Assembly: GCF_009914755.1 (NCBI RefSeq) | Contig: NC_060929.1 | DNA from: the human T2T-CHM13v2.0 reference genome, Homo sapiens | Length of the DNA stretch: 64,000 nt | Strand: one strand, 5' to 3' | Part shown: positions 1 to 17,573 of the stretch, piece by piece | How positions within the stretch are numbered: position 1 is the stretch's first letter | Layout: each line of letters starts with the position of its first letter | Notes under the pieces: generated by a model | Databases searched by the model: none | What the model was told of the DNA's origin: nothing | The model's input: only the letters and a program-made list of their open reading frames with translations | Program-made: the position numbers and the translations under genes

Positions 1-262
1 CTAAATTGTTACTGGAATTTAAAAAATTACAATGCATACTTATTGGTACTTTATCATACATCTTACTGTTTCTTTGCTCACCATTACATCTTTGCTTGGT
101 CTTCCTCTTGTATTCATTTTTTTATTATACTTTAATACCTCCTGTAGTGATTCTTTCAGATAGTGTCTGACAGTAATAGACTTAGAATCCCACATACTTG
201 AAAATGTCTTTATTTTGCTTTTAAAATATGAATTATAGCTTGGGAGTAAAGCATTTTCGGTT

Positions 263-558
263 TTGGAGGATGAAAAGAAGTTGGTTAATGGGTACAAAAA
301 TATGGTTAGATAGAAGGAAAAAGTTTTAATATTCGATAGTGCAGTAGGGAAATTATAGTTAATAGTTTATTGCATATTTCAAAATAACTAGAAGAGAAAA
401 ACTGTATTTTTTCCAACACATAAAAGATTAATGTTTGATGTGATAGATATCCCAATTACCCTGACTTCATCATTACACATTATATACATGTATAAAAAGA
501 GTCACATATACCCCCAAAATAGGTACAACTCTGATATATCAATTTTAAAAAAAGAAAA
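263..558 (+). mobile_element. L1MA-type 3'UTR fragment within older minus-strand L1 debris
   Basis: GGTTAATGGGTACAAAAATATGGTTAGATAGAAGG...ATATTTCAAAATAACTAGAAGAG...CCCAATTACCCTGAC followed by an A tail. Confidence 0.75.
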
Positions 559-1068
559 GAGAATTTTAAGTTCAAAGTGGTATATTTCAGGACCTTAAAT
601 ATATAGTCCCACCATCTTCTTGTATCAAATATTATTGACAATTCAGTTTAATTCTAATATTAACTGATCTGTGTCTGCTTATTTTCCTCTAAAATCCCTC
701 ATTCCTTTGATTGTGAGGGCTAATGCTTTTATTTAGGTTTGAGAAATATTCAGTTATAATTTACTGAAGCATTCCCTCCAGTCTGCTGTATCTATTCTCT
801 GTTTTGTGAACTACTATTATTACTTATGTGTTTAAGGATTTCTACCTATCCTCTAGGTCTGTCTGTTTTTCTTTTAAACTCTCTTTTCTCCCCTTTTTTG
901 GAGCACACTGGTATTCAACCACCCATAGCCTGTGGGCCACCTCTACTCCTCTAATTGGCAGTGTACCCTACTCCCCCAAAATCTTGCAGCTATCTTGGGG
1001 CTGTTCGCCACTGTTTTTATTTAAAATTGTTTTTAGCCTTTTGGCATTCTGTCATTTAAATAATTTTT

Positions 1069-1190
1069 GCTGGGCATGGTGACATGTGTCTGTAGTCCCA
1101 GCTACTGGGGAGGCTGAGTCCAGCAGGATCATTTGAGCCCAGGAGTTCAAGTTCAGCCTGAGCAACATAACAAGACCCCATCTGTAAAAA
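1069..1190 (+). mobile_element. Free left Alu monomer (FLAM)
   Basis: ~120-bp Alu monomer GCTGGGCATGGTG...CAGGAGTTCAAG...CCCCATCTGTAAAAA. Confidence 0.8.
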
Positions 1191-3643
1191 TATGTATTTA
1201 TATATTAAGTCAAAATCTAAAAAAGTTTTTTTTATACTTTCTTGTTCACTTAGGTCATGCCTTGTTTTCCACTAGCTTTGTGAATTTCTTTATATTTCAA
1301 ACATGTTTCTGTTGTTTGTATGGGTTTGGGGTGGGATAGGGGTGCTTCTATGAATTCTTACTCTGTCATTTTGATCCCATCTCTTGCTTAAAGAGTTAGA
1401 AAATAGTAAAAATTTATCATAATAATTATTAAACATTAGAGTTGTTAAGACTGAAGAATCCTTACCAAAAATTTTTAAAAATATGATCTTGACCATCTTT
1501 CCATTATCATTTACTATGATCCTTTTTGATCACAAAAGTTTGGCCCCTTTTAACCTTCAAAGGCAATAAGCAATTTGATCTTAAAATTGCTGTTCCTTTG
1601 CCACAGATAGTATCTTGCTAGACTGAAATTAGACGTTTTAAATGAAAATCTCCCCACTTGACTGAATTTCCATTTCTCAGGAGGTGTGTCCACATAGCCC
1701 AAAATGTACTATTGAAAAAGTTATCTTTTACCTAATTTTCATTAAGATGTTAACACATGGATGATAAATTTTGAGAAATTAGATTTTACAGACAGAACGC
1801 ATGAAGCTCCATGAATACTGGAAGTATTTGAATCCTTGAGATGTCAACTGTGGTTTTGGAGGCCACAGGCTTTCAACCACTTACACTGGAGTCTAGTAGG
1901 AGCTGGAATAAGTCTTTGGCTTGATCTTGTAGCAGTTGGCTAAAAAATATCCATTGAATTAAACAGAGGAATGTGGGCATGTTATGTCATAAAGCATTAG
2001 AAGCATAATATATCACAGAAACTCCCTGAAACTGATTTTCTGGGATTAAAAGCAATGTTTCATTCGGCCAGTTGCTTGTTGCAATTTCAACAGACTAGAA
2101 GCTATCTTATTTTTATTTTCCTTTTTACCTCTTTTTCAAAGTTCCCCATAGTAAGAGTTACAGTTACTTCAGTTTTGGTAGGAGATCATAAATTCCAGCA
2201 GCCCTGAAAGGATGGAGATAGTCAATGTTACTTTGCAACCAATATAGTTTTTAGATGTTAAAAAATAAATTATGAATTTTAAAAGGCTGGCCATGAAACT
2301 CAGTCGTGTTTTTTTTCTTTAAGTTTATGATACACAATTTTTTGTGTATCTCAGTGGCTTCTAGACTGCATGTACCATTTCATATGTTTTATAATATCAC
2401 TGCTTCTATTGATGTTTAAGGGACCAAATGATTTTATAAACTGCTTCTTAATGGTGAGAATCTAGGATGTGTTATAAGGATTTATTGGTATATAAATATA
2501 AAAACTGTGATCCTGGAAAATTTTTAAATTCAGTACTGTCATAAGTAATGTTTGATCATTTCTCAGGCATGGGTAATAATTATTTAAAAATTTCAGGATG
2601 CAGTGTAACTTGGAGAAAGAAGAAAAGTTAGTATTTGGTAAAACTATGCCATTGTAGAATTTGAAGAATCAACTTATTCTGTTACTTTATGTTTCAGAAG
2701 CTGTAATAATGTTTTTAGGGCATTCCTCTGTATGCGTTAGTTCTCTTAACTGAGATTATAATGTCCATAAAGGCAAGGGTTTTCCTTTTGCTGCCCTCCT
2801 ACAGGAATAATTCTAGTGCTTTGCACAATGCTCAGTGAAGAAATGCTTGGTAGTGTTAGAGTCACTGCATAGCCCTGGACACGTGGGAGTGCCTACCTTT
2901 GTGTTGGAAATGGACATTGACTCAAATCCCTGTAAATGTTGCATTTCACAGATTTATGCAATAGTCAGTTTCATTATGAAATTAGGAGAATCAGGCTTGT
3001 TTGTTTTTTTTACAGTGCAGCTTAAATAGTTCAAAATAATTTGGGAAAAGTCACTCACAATTATAGAAACCTTTATCTTAATGGAAGAAATAAAAGACAA
3101 CATATATACTACATTATATTATAAACAAAGAGCCTGTTAGGTTCATGTGAATAAACTAATACTTAAAATTTGTAGCTAAATATAAAAACATTTACGGAGT
3201 AAATGCAATGCACCAGGTAGTGTGTGCAGTTCAAAAGTACCAGGTGAGAAGAAATCCCTGATATAAAGAAGTTCAAAATCTAATGTAGTAGTTTTTATTT
3301 GGCAATTGAGTCTGTTACAGTGAATCTGATATAATTGTTATTTTCTAAGCAAGGCTTACCAGGCATCTTAAACTGGGTTTTTGCCTCCTGCAAAGAAACC
3401 ACTCCATCCTTTGCTTTCCAAAGAAATGAGAGAGGGAGAAAAAAGGGATGGTTTCAGTGATAACAAGACTTTTTAAAATATAAATATATAGCGGATCTCT
3501 TTTAGTGGGAAAACTAACCCTGGAGAGCTCTAGAAAGGATTGTAAAATGCCTTAAGATTGGTTCACACTAACCCAATGGCGGTAGGGTACCGCAATACAA
3601 CCTCTGGGGCAACCGTTAGAGACTATGATGGTGTATGGCTCAA

Positions 3644-3662
3644 GGGCGCCCCCTGGAGCACG
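3644..3662 (-). promoter_or_regulatory. Candidate CTCF site
   Basis: Minus strand reads CGTGCTCCAGGGGGCGCCC, containing the CCAGGGGGCGC core of the CTCF motif with its CpG retained, in a locally CpG-enriched non-repeat patch. Confidence 0.55.
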
Positions 3663-4338
3663 GCCTTAGTATGAGTGGCAACCCTTGGAATTTTGCAACA
3701 CAGGGCCTGCTCAGCGAGGTGTCCTTGTGTAATTAACGAAAATAAGTCTAGTTTGGACCCATTATTTCTTTTATTTGTAGCAAATTTGGTCGTAGGCTTG
3801 AACTTATTGTATACACTGACCTGAGAAGTCGGGATAGAATGATGAATATTACTGGAGGAAAGGAGTGAGGCCAGGCCAAAGTTCAAAGGGACCTGGGTTT
3901 CCGGCCCTGTGACTGTAGTTCAATTTGAGAAACCCTGACTGAGCTATTTGGAAGGATGAGCTCTGTCATCATAGCAACACTGGGACCCTTCTGCAGATCT
4001 CAGCTGTCTCTGTCAGTCAGCTCCAGCCCTGAGCCATCAAATCCATGTATGAGAAAGCTAGATGCTACATACTCAAAGATGTACCAACCAAGCGCAGATG
4101 TGCCAGAGGGAGTGGGGAGTAAAATTTTCTCAGAGAGTGATCTTTTTCCTTCATATGATAGAATTACTGATTATAGAACACAATTATTCTACTTTGTGTC
4201 AGGGTACAGTTAATTCAGCAAATCCTAACTCCTATTGCTAATTTATTTCTTATCTTTAAGACTTTTGAATCATTTTATTTTTTATGCCAAAAGTATGGTA
4301 CTCATTATATTGCTTTTTATTTGGCAGTGCACTACACA

Positions 4339-4382
4339 GTGTGTGTATGTGTGTATGTGCCTGCTGTGTATGTGTGTGTATA
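4339..4382. repeat. Imperfect (TG)n microsatellite
   Basis: GTGTGTGTATGTGTGTATGTG...GTGTATGTGTGTGTATA. Confidence 0.8.
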
Positions 4383-6380
4383 TTTACCCATAGTTTTTGA
4401 GTGCTCTGAGGGCAGGAATTGAATAATATTTATCCTTGTGTCCTTTGTGCCTGCCCCTGGGTTTGATGCTTAGTTAGGCAATCCACAAATGCTGTTTGCA
4501 ATGTTGAAACTTAGGAATGGCTAAATTTAGTGGGTGGTAGGATCATTCCTGATGAGCTTTCATTGGGCGAATTGAGGGACATGGTCATTTGGAAGAAGGA
4601 AGCATTATACAGCCGGTATTCACAGCAGTATTGAGGTCAGAAGATGTCCGAAACACCTGTCAATTTCATGTGTGTATTATAGTTTGTAAGTAAAAACATT
4701 GGAAGGCAGTTTTCATGAAAAGAACGTGAATATCTTCTAAAATGTGTTTTTATTTATCTGATTGTGATTTACTAATGGAATAAGAATATTCCCCAGGCAT
4801 CACAGTAAGAGGGATTATTTTGAAACAGAACAAGCTTTTAAATGAATCTTCTAATTAGAAAAATATCAGGCTATAGTGATAACATCTTACTTTTAAAAAT
4901 CAGCTTTAGCGAATTACAGATTTTTATATAAAGAACATTCCGAAGGCACTGGACAAACATTGTGCTGTAGAAGGCAGACAAAAATGCAATGGCTCAAATT
5001 TTTTTACATTATTTTTTGGGACTCAAAGTAACTCTTCCAGTTACATAACCTAGTGATTAATTAGGTTTTAAGTGACCTACCAGAGGTCTTATCTTTAATA
5101 TCTATGTTGCTGCTTCTCTATCATGCTGCCTTAATACGATTAAAATATATGCAGATGATAAAGAACTTGGCACAAAAATGAGCACTCCAAAATTCTAAAT
5201 ACAGTTGTTTCTATAGGAAAGCCAACTGTTCTGTTAAAAATCTAGGCTAGCTGACCTAGATCTCCAAACTGAAAGGTTTGCTGAGACACGTGCAGCCGTG
5301 TAAATCTCTGAGATGTGGGTTATTTAAACAGATGGTAACTGTGACACAGTGAGCTCTACATGCAAATTGGCAGAGACCAGGACCAGAAAGGAAGCAGGCT
5401 AGAGAGAAAACATAATCTCACTGTGGACCTCTGAGAATTTTAATTAAAACGCAGAACAAAATTCAGAGTGCTTGGATATACTTCTTCAGAATATTAATGG
5501 AATATTAGCATTGGTTGGATGGTTGCTATGATACCAACAGTGAGAAAAGCAGGGGAGTTTTTGGAATCTTCTTTAGATTTTGCTGAGTTTCTGGGTGTGA
5601 TTTGGCCCTGCCAGTTAGATACACTCAAATAACATCTGGAGGAGAAAGGAAGGTCACGGCAATATTTCTGCTGTGGTGTTGATATTGCCAAATCAAGTTG
5701 TGGAAAGTTCTATTTCTCTGTTTTCTATAACAGTATTCTACAGGCAAGGCCCTAGTTTGCTAGGTGTCAAGAGACTATTAAAGCAGAGGTGTTGGTGGCT
5801 TCCAGACTCGTGGATCTAGAAATCCAAAAATTTCTGATGGTGACATGCTGGACAGTTCTGTGGTGCTGTTTTGGGCTTTGCTCCTGGGGGCTTATCCTAA
5901 AGCCTGCTACTGTAGTTCTGCCAGTGATTTTGCACTCCTGCTTTCCTGTATTAGCTTTATAGCTTAATATAACTAGAATAATGTTTTTCTTGCAACCCAC
6001 TTGTAAGTGATATAGTACATGGAATAAAATATTCTAGCCTAGATATTGCTTGCCTCCCATCCCCTCTCCCTTAATCTATGGTATACATAGTCTTTGTTTC
6101 CATGCTGAATTGTAAAGCACACATATCATTCCTCTCTCTCTAGAAGGAAGAGAATAGCATTTCAGGAGAAAGGGGTTAAGCCTCTTTACTGCATAATCCA
6201 GAGAGATCTTTTTGGCCTCTCTGGGTTATGTAATGAGAAGATTATCAAGAGATATAAGGATAAACATTTGATTTAAGAAGTCAAGTTCATGAGAGTTTGA
6301 AGCCATTTTTATAAATTACATATATCAAGATAGAAGATGAAAGAATGGGCTGCGTCTCATGGAAAATTATCTAAAATTGA

Positions 6381-6691
<311 letters not shown>

Positions 6692-7367
6692 AAGAAATTT
6701 TCTGGAATTAGGGCAATGACTTCCTAATTTATTGCATTTTTTCTTCATTGCATTGTTTTTCCTCAAAGAGAAAGTCAAAAGACAAAGCAAATATGGGGCT
6801 GTTTGGCTAATACTACTGGGCCACTCTGATAGATGCTTGATTCTTTTATCTAACATTTAAAATACAAGTGTATATGCAGTTCCCTACTGTTATTTTACTC
6901 TTAAATTAGGTGGCTGATGGGGAAATTGAAAAAGTTTCAGCTAGAAAATTAAGAAAAGGACTGACAGTCCCATTAACTACTGGTAATTAACTACTGGGTA
7001 ATATTTGTATATATTGCTCTTGGCCAATTTTTCTAGTATACATTGCTTGAAAAAATATCAGTACTGTAAGGATATATTTCTCATTTTAAAAGTAGAACTT
7101 TTTGCGTGAATCAGTTAAATCACATTTTTCTATGACCCTTAATTCCGAATTTTTTACCTCCTCCTGGATCAAATTAATTTCTGTAATTAGCTTTGTGTGT
7201 TTTCTTTCAGTTTATTTTTTATATTTTGACTTGCTAGTATATGTAGCCACCAGAATACAGGTTACCATTCTTACTTAAGTTCTTCCTATATAAATAAGAT
7301 CACACTGTATGCATATTTTTGCAACCTACTTTTTTTCAACAATATGTTTGTAAGATCTATCCTTGTA

Positions 7368-7781
7368 CAGTGCTCCTCAGTTCATGATGGACTTTTGTCC
7401 CAATAAACCCATCACAAATTGAAAGTACAATAAGTCAAAAGCACATTTAATATGCCTAAGCTATGGGACATCATAGCTAAGCCTAGCCTGCCTTAAATGT
7501 GCTCAGAACACTTACATTAGCCCACAATTGGGCAAAATCACCTGGCAGCACATCACACTGCAGAGTATCAGTTGTTTATCCTTGTGATCATGTGGCTGAC
7601 TGGGAGCTGTAGTTCTCTGCTGCTGCCCAGCATCACAGGTTGTACCACTTGTCGCTAGCCTGGGAAAAGATTGAGATAAAAAATTCAAAATACAGTCTCT
7701 ACCTAAGGTGTATTGATTTCACAACATCATAAAGTCAAAATTGTGTAAGTCGAGGAACGATTGTAAACCAGGGACTGTCTA
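7368..7781 (+). mobile_element. MER47B-like (Tigger5-derived MITE)
   Basis: TA|CAGTGCTCCTC...CATCATAGCTAAGCCTAGCC...GTGCTCAGAACACTTACATTAGCC...GGGACTGTCT. Confidence 0.8.
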
Positions 7782-10700
7782 GATTTGCATAAAGATCTAT
7801 CATATTTGACTCTTTAGTATTTTTGTATCACTGAGATAGAAAACAAAAACCATTACCAGTTAAACTGACACCCTTATTGGAAGCTCTTTTAGACTTATAT
7901 GTAGATCTTAAGTCATTTATTTATGACTGTTATACTCTGTGCATATAGAAAGGAAAACATAAGAAAAATTAATTAAGATATTCTAAAACCTCTTCACAGT
8001 CAGAGTTAAATTCTTTAATCACTGCTTGATTCAGTTATGGATGCTTGTGTTTTTCCAAACAGTACCATACTCTGTGCCGTCAAAAGTATCAATGAATGAG
8101 CAGTTCTTTAAAGAATGCTCCACTATTATCCCCAATAATGTCTTCCAAGCTGCTGATAGCCATTGTGGCAGTCTTGAGGCTCACACTTTCTTGATCTGTC
8201 TAGAGGTGTGAATGGAAGGTTTCAAATAACAATCAGAATTCATATTCATTTTTCAAATAACTCTTAAATGGTTTGTTGCATGCAATCTTACAGGGTTGTA
8301 GTTGTCCAAGTGTGCCATCAACAATAACCTTTTTTTTCATTCTTAATCAGTGGCAACAGAGGCATTCCTACTGTCTATTCAACAGCAAGTATATGATGCT
8401 ATCAATTTAAAACATACCATGGAATTGATGAGCTAAAGTAGTTCATTCATTGTAACTGATTAATAGTATTCTGTTTAAAATAGTAACATATTTTAATGAT
8501 CTATTTCCATCCTCATGAGCATTTAGGTTGTCTCCTTTTTCTTTGCTATTCCATTTCACTTGAAAAATCATTTTATGTGAATTGTGTCCTAAAGTTTTAA
8601 AATAGGTAATTTGTGAGGCTTTCATAAAATAGGTCTGACATTTTAAATATGGTGAAACTTTATTACGTAATTAAAACAAATCACTAAATTAATAACAAGG
8701 TAACTGTGAGGTAAAAATTATAGTATCCCTTCTTTAAATCTGCTATCACAAATTATTTAAATGACACCCTTTATATCTCCCTTATTAACTCTATTGGCCA
8801 GAAAATTTTAAATATCTAGATTGCTAGAAGGTGATCATAGGCAACAAATACTTTATATTTGGCTTTGACATTTTTTTTAAGTTATGTATCCATGTGGATT
8901 TGTCAAATAAACATTAATATATTCAATCAAAAGACCTTTATTGGTAGTCTGATATTGCAAGGCATTGTATTGGGTAATATGAGAAACATAAAGATGAACT
9001 AACGAGAAACTAAAAAGTTATCTGGTCTCTGCATCATGGCTTTCCTCAGAATCTTTCCCTATTTCTTACATATCACTTCATATTTGGATTCTGCTAACCT
9101 TTGAGGGCTGACTTGTACAAACTTGGTCCCAGACACAGATAGAAGCCTTGTCTGGCTCTGGGCGGATCACCAGCCTCAGATAGTCTCTCTTGCTCTACCT
9201 CCCCACCTCCCTCTGATGAGGATGCTTAGTTTAGAGCTGCAAGAACTTCCCTGGAGCACAGCAGAACTGTTGAAGTTTAAAGGCCCGTAATAGGCAAAAG
9301 AGTCCAAAGGAAGGGAGAGCTATCCGAGAGCGTTATTGCTTCTTTTTCCTGATGTTATTTTTGCTAATTTGGAAGTTAAACATACTAGTGCCTTTCCAGT
9401 ATTTCTGATCCCCATGGATAATAAGCAAGTGTGTAGTGAGATTTTTATTTCCCATCTAACTTGATTTTTTTTGTTCCTGATTTATTTATCTTTTTCTAAA
9501 TCATGAAAAAGAGATATCTCCTTCTAAAATTATGACAAACTCACTTTTTCACAAAATTGCCCATGGAACCTAACTGTAAATCAGCAGAAGCTATTGCTAT
9601 GTCATATGCTACACATCCTGGAAATACTGGATGATTTCTAATTTTTTAACATTTCATGCATGGCGCATATGGAATGTCTGTCACTAAAATAAGAACTATA
9701 TCACATACTGTTCTTTTGGCTGGAGCATAAAAATAAAGCCCTACTCCAAGGAGTTGAAACAAATGAAAATTGTCTTAAAGTGATCGTGGTACACTAGAAG
9801 GAAAACAGTACTCTGCAGAATATGCAGAAAGAAATATACTAATGAACAGCTTATATATGATTTGGGAAATGAACTATACACATACACACACATCTGAGAT
9901 ATTCATGTATCTCCTTGTGTATTATTATGAATCCTACGAAATTTATGGTTTTATAGATTCCAATGTGCTTATTCACATAAGCACAGGTGGCCAATGTGAT
10001 TTTAATGAAAATCAGAATGCTGTGGTACTTTACTAACTTAGTTGTTCAATAACATAATATGTCAGCAGGATGATACCTATTAGCTTTTCTAAATGTTTTT
10101 CTATAAACACACTTAAAAGTGCTGCCCAAACTGAGGTTCCTCTACGTAATGATGTCACCCACTGTGGTGTAAGCATGGCTGCAATGGATGTAATTTCTTA
10201 ATTCATTCAAAATCCGTGCTTTTTCATGTGGATAATTCTTCACATCTTTTCTCTTTTGTTTATGACTGCAGTTGTAACTCTTTTGTGCTGTTAGAATAAA
10301 GTAGTGTATTTATTTGTTTCTATGGTCATCCTCTTAATGGTGAGTTGCTTATGTTCCCTGTCAATGCTATTATGGTCCAATGATAAAATTAGTGTTTTTT
10401 ATCAGCAGGTAAATCTCTACTCTATCATTGGGTAGTTTCCCGTGTGATGACAGAGCAGTGTTTGAGGGAATTGCTTTTGGCATTTACGTGTTGTCATCCA
10501 TTTCTCTGATAAAGTAAATCCATAATGAGTTTCAGCACTCTGGTGAGAAGGACCCTTCATTACTCATAGACTTGCTGTTAGTAGCATTGCTACCATGCTG
10601 CCATCACCCAAGCTTAGGATAAATGGGACATTAGCCAGAGTCGATCAGAGGCTGAATTGGTATGTGACCAAAACGCAAAGTGGAAGTCATAGAGCAGGGG

Positions 10701-12414
10701 AGATACTTCTGTAAGAGAAAAATGGAGGTATGTAAAATTCAGTGAAACCCATATTCCAATAGTGAGAGCAACATTTAAGGGTTAAGGTTTCTAGGTTTTG
10801 TACAGAGCAGCCTGCACATATCATCTTATTTCACCATCATAATCACCCTTTTGAGGTAATTCTTAGCATCTTCGTAAAGATGGAGAAATAGAGCTACAGA
10901 GAGAGTAAACCTTTGTCCGGTGTTGTATAGGTGTGCCATTTGGGATCTCACAATACCATATAGATGATTTTTACTTGAAAATGTATAGTTGGCTAATTTT
11001 TGCTTATGTGTCCATATAATTAGAACACTAAATATGAAATTAAATTGGCATATGATGAACAGTGATGTGGTGTGATTGTAAGTTATGTAACAGCTTTTAC
11101 ATAATTTATTCCACTTAACAGTCCTTTGCAGCCCCTCTTTCAAATGATGCTCAGAATGTTCAAGATGTTTGTCCAAGATAACATGTCTGTGTAAGTCTCA
11201 AGGGCAGGACTCAAATCCAGTTCTTCTGGTCCCAAATTACATGCTATTTGCTATGTATCTAACAGTGATCAAAAAGTTCACCTTATGCAGATTTAGCTGC
11301 TATAAAGACTTTATTAAATCACTAATATTATAAATATATTTTTAGTATTATTTCCAATAGTGAAGTTCCAAATATAGAACATAAAATTTTTGTCTAAGCT
11401 GGTTGGGAGCTTATTAACTGATGCATGTTAGAAAGAAAAAAAGAAAACTGCTACTAATGCTACTGAAACTAACTTTTTGATTGCTTAATGGTTGAACTTC
11501 TTTGAAGTAGAGTTTTCACTGTTTTTAGACAAGTTCATTTCTTCTTGATGGTTATTGTTTTTGTAGGTTTGCTTCTGTCTCTTTCTTCCCTCAGCAAAAG
11601 CATTTATCCTTATGTAGGTTCTTGAGAGTTTTTGGAAATCACAGGTAATCAAATTCCATCACCTCTTTGTTAAAAGATGCTGATTGGTGGAAATACTAGT
11701 ATCTTTTCATAAGAATGGCCTTACTGAAACTTTTTTTAACTTTTTAAATTTTTCCTATGTCAAGTAGTTAGAGTTTCCCATAGAGAGAAAACCACTGCAC
11801 TTTCCTTCTCTCCTTCCAAAAGTGTAAACAGGCTACTAGGAGAAACCTGAATAGGGAATACTGCTTAAGAGTGTACAGCTCATGCTAAGGTGATAGGGGA
11901 GTGAATCAAGCCAGATGAGACAGGATAGGAACAAAGTTCCAGAGAAAGTTAATAATATGGGATCAGGTGATTGTAGTTGTGAATATAGTTAGAGTTTAGA
12001 AAAGATCAATAAAAAAAAGCTTTGGTTCATATTTCAAAAGAAAATGCAACTCTCATAGTTTATATGAAATCTTGAAAAATTTAGATTTCATTTATTCTGT
12101 CTTGAATTTAATACTGTCAATGATGATTTAAAGAATTATTTGATTTTAAGGAAAGTTTACTTTTCAAACATACGTATTTACTAATACGATAGTCATATTG
12201 TTTTGACTTTTTTGTCAAAATGTCAAAATGTTTTTGCATCCTGTTTCATATTTAATACTTTAAAAAGTGTTGGTGGAAGGAATGATTGGATGCTTATGTA
12301 AAAGTTTGTCATTCAGACATCTATTGCATCTACTAATATGACTGTTAGAGATGATCAAGTGTTTAAAAGGTGGTTCTGTCTCATGAAAAGCAAATTAAAA
12401 ATTACATCCTAACC

Positions 12415-13282
12415 TTTTTATTGCAAAAACCCCATAGCTATAGAAAAATGTATAAAATATAGATATGCTCCCTAATGAAATATTGTTAAGCAAAACCACC
12501 ACCCAGGAAAAGAAATGGGAAATTGCCAGCACTCCAGACGCCTCTGGCAGGCCTTCTCCTAATCATATCCCTTTCGTTTTTATGGTAATCAGCTTCCTTG
12601 CTTTGCTTTATACTTTTACCACAAAGTGTGCCGTTCTAAATAATATAGTTGAGTTTTTCCTGTTTTGAATTTTATATAAATGAAATTATGTAGTGTATAA
12701 TATTTTGATCTGTTTCTTTTGGTCTAATTAAGTTTTTAAGATTTATTCATGTTTTGAGCATGGTTCTAGTTCTTTTATTTCATTGCTATATGGTATTCTG
12801 TTGTAAAAACATTATCACAATTTATTTTTCTATTCTGCTCAAGGCCAGTTGGCTTGGGTCCACATTTTAGCTGTTACAAATAATGATGCTCTAAACATCT
12901 TGTTTTGTAACCTAGCACACATGTGCAAGAGTTTCTCTGGGGTTGGTGATTGGAAGAGGATTGGTGCTCATAGGGATGCATATTTTTGCTTCATTAGATA
13001 AAATGTATCTTTTTATCAAAGAAATTATACCTATTTACAGTACCACCAATAGTGTATGAGAGTCTCCATTACCTCACATCTTTGCCATATCACACTATTT
13101 TGAGACATTGCCTGACATTTTAATGTATATTTTTCTGATTACTAAGAGTTGGGCACTGTTTCACATTTAAGGCCTGTTTGTTATTTCCTCTTTTATGAAG
13201 CCCCTATTCAGACATTTGCCTATTTTTCTATTATATTGTTTATCTTTTCTGTGTTGATTTTTGAAAATACTTTTATATTCTC
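12415..13282 (-). mobile_element. L1ME-type 3' end fragment
   Basis: TTTTGAATTTTATATAAATGAAATTATGTAG...TTTTAAGATTTATTCATG...ACAAATAATGATGCT, typical of an old L1 3' end in antisense. Confidence 0.65.
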
Positions 13283-13284
13283 TT

Positions 13285-15421
<2,137 letters not shown>

Positions 15422-16139
15422 AATACCTGGGGAGTAGAAAATCACACGTCTCTTGGAGGTTTATTTAAAAGTGAATATGTAAAACGTATGGAACCACATA
15501 AGCAGATTTGGATTCCATCAAGAAACTTGGGCTTATATAGTCCAAATCCCATTTAAATTAAGAAAATGCCACTTGGCTCTTTATGTTACCATGGGAAATT
15601 CTAAGGCAAGAATCTCAGAATCAATGTTCTTGTGGTTTGTGTATACATAAGATTGACAATTATAAGTGAAATAAGCCCAAAACTTTTAATGAATCCCTCA
15701 TTTTTATGTCAAATTATCTAAAATAATTATGCATTGGATTTAATTATTGAATGTAGGAGATATATTTATTATGTGTTCGAAAAATAATAACAGTTTGAAA
15801 AATCTCAATGTTAACACTGGTCATATCCAGTGGTGACATTATCTTCTCCTTTATGATATCCTGTATTTTCTGAATATTCAATATGAAACATATATTACAT
15901 TTGTGATAAAAAATACAATAAATATTATTTTAGAAATGAAAAAATAACAAAAAAGTTGATAAATGTCTGTTGATTTTCTTTCCTCTAATCATGGTTTCTC
16001 TCTTGATATCTATAGACACACTTCATTGCTTTTCTTTAAAGTTAACCGAAGCAAGTGGAAATTTTTACTCATCCTTATGTCGTCATACCTCCTTGGTGAC
16101 TTATATTAAGTCTCTATTAAGACTTTAATTAATCTGTAG

Positions 16140-16433
16140 TTTTATTTTTGATATTTGTAGAGACAGGGTCTTACTCTGTTACTCAGGCTGGAATGTTGTA
16201 GCATTATCAGTGCTTACTGCAGCCTTGACCTCCTGGGCCAAAGTGATCCTCTTGCCTCAGCCTCCTGGGACCACAGGCAAGGACCACCATACCCAGCTAA
16301 TTTTTAATTTTTTTTGTGGAGATGGGGTCTTGCTATGTTGCACAGCTGGTCTCAAACTCCTGGCCTCAAGCAATCCTCCTGCCTTGGTCTCCTGAGGTTC
16401 TGTGACTAGAGGTGTGAGCCAGCGCACCTGGCC
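16140..16433 (-). mobile_element. AluJ
   Basis: Diverged dimeric Alu, reverse strand (GAGACAGGGTCTTACTCTG...GTGAGCCAGCGCACCTGGCC). Confidence 0.85.
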
Positions 16434-16984
16434 TATATTTTTAAACCTGTATGTAGGGCATTTGCTTTCTTAGTTTCTTTTCCTTATGTACCTTTGAAAT
16501 TATACTTTTCACTTGTTTGATATCTTAGGTTTTTCTTGACAACATACTATTTTATAAGGACAGTGTCTAGACATTCCATAAAACATGTGTTTTAATAATT
16601 TGCAGGTGCTTAAGAAAATGCAAAAGCCACAATGGGTATATATTTATATTCCAACATCCTGCACCAAAATCAGTGGTCCTCAGAGGAATAAAGAAACATG
16701 CACATTTGCAGCAAATTTTCTGTCAAATCATAAATGCATAACCTAGGTGATGGTAACACTGGGTTGGCATATTCAGTCAGTCTGACAATAGCACCAGGAC
16801 AACGTGTCCTCATAATTATCTCCATGATATCACCCTCATGGATAGTGATAGTGTATCTGAAACAGGTTGGCTTTCAGCAACATTCTATATTGTTATCATG
16901 TTTAAATGTATCTAAGTGCCTTTAAAACTTATTTTTCAAACTACTTATTAGCCACAGATTGTTAAATAAAATAATGTTATATAA

Positions 16985-17094
16985 AGTATGAATGTATGTG
17001 TACATATGTGTTTGTGTGTGTATATGTATGTGTATATGTATGTGCATATATATGTGTATATATATGTATATATAGTGTGTGTGTGAGTGTATAT
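16985..17094. repeat. Compound (TG)n/(TA)n/(TATG)n microsatellite
   Basis: Alternating purine-pyrimidine run seen directly. Confidence 0.9.
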
Positions 17095-17262
17095 AAATGA
17101 GGACACATACAGTAAAAGCCCACCTTATTTTAATGGTGAAAGCAAGACTATAACCTCAGAAAAAGACATATTTTTCTCTGTTTAATAGCATAGTGAGAAA
17201 AATCTAAGTCCTCCCTTAGCCTTTTTTTAATCATGAATTTGGATTTTTAAAATATATTTGAG

Positions 17263-17573
<311 letters not shown>

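Noticed and set aside
6972-7001. 14-bp tandem duplication ATTAACTACTGG(G)TA
   Set aside because: Ordinary slippage duplication with no further structure.
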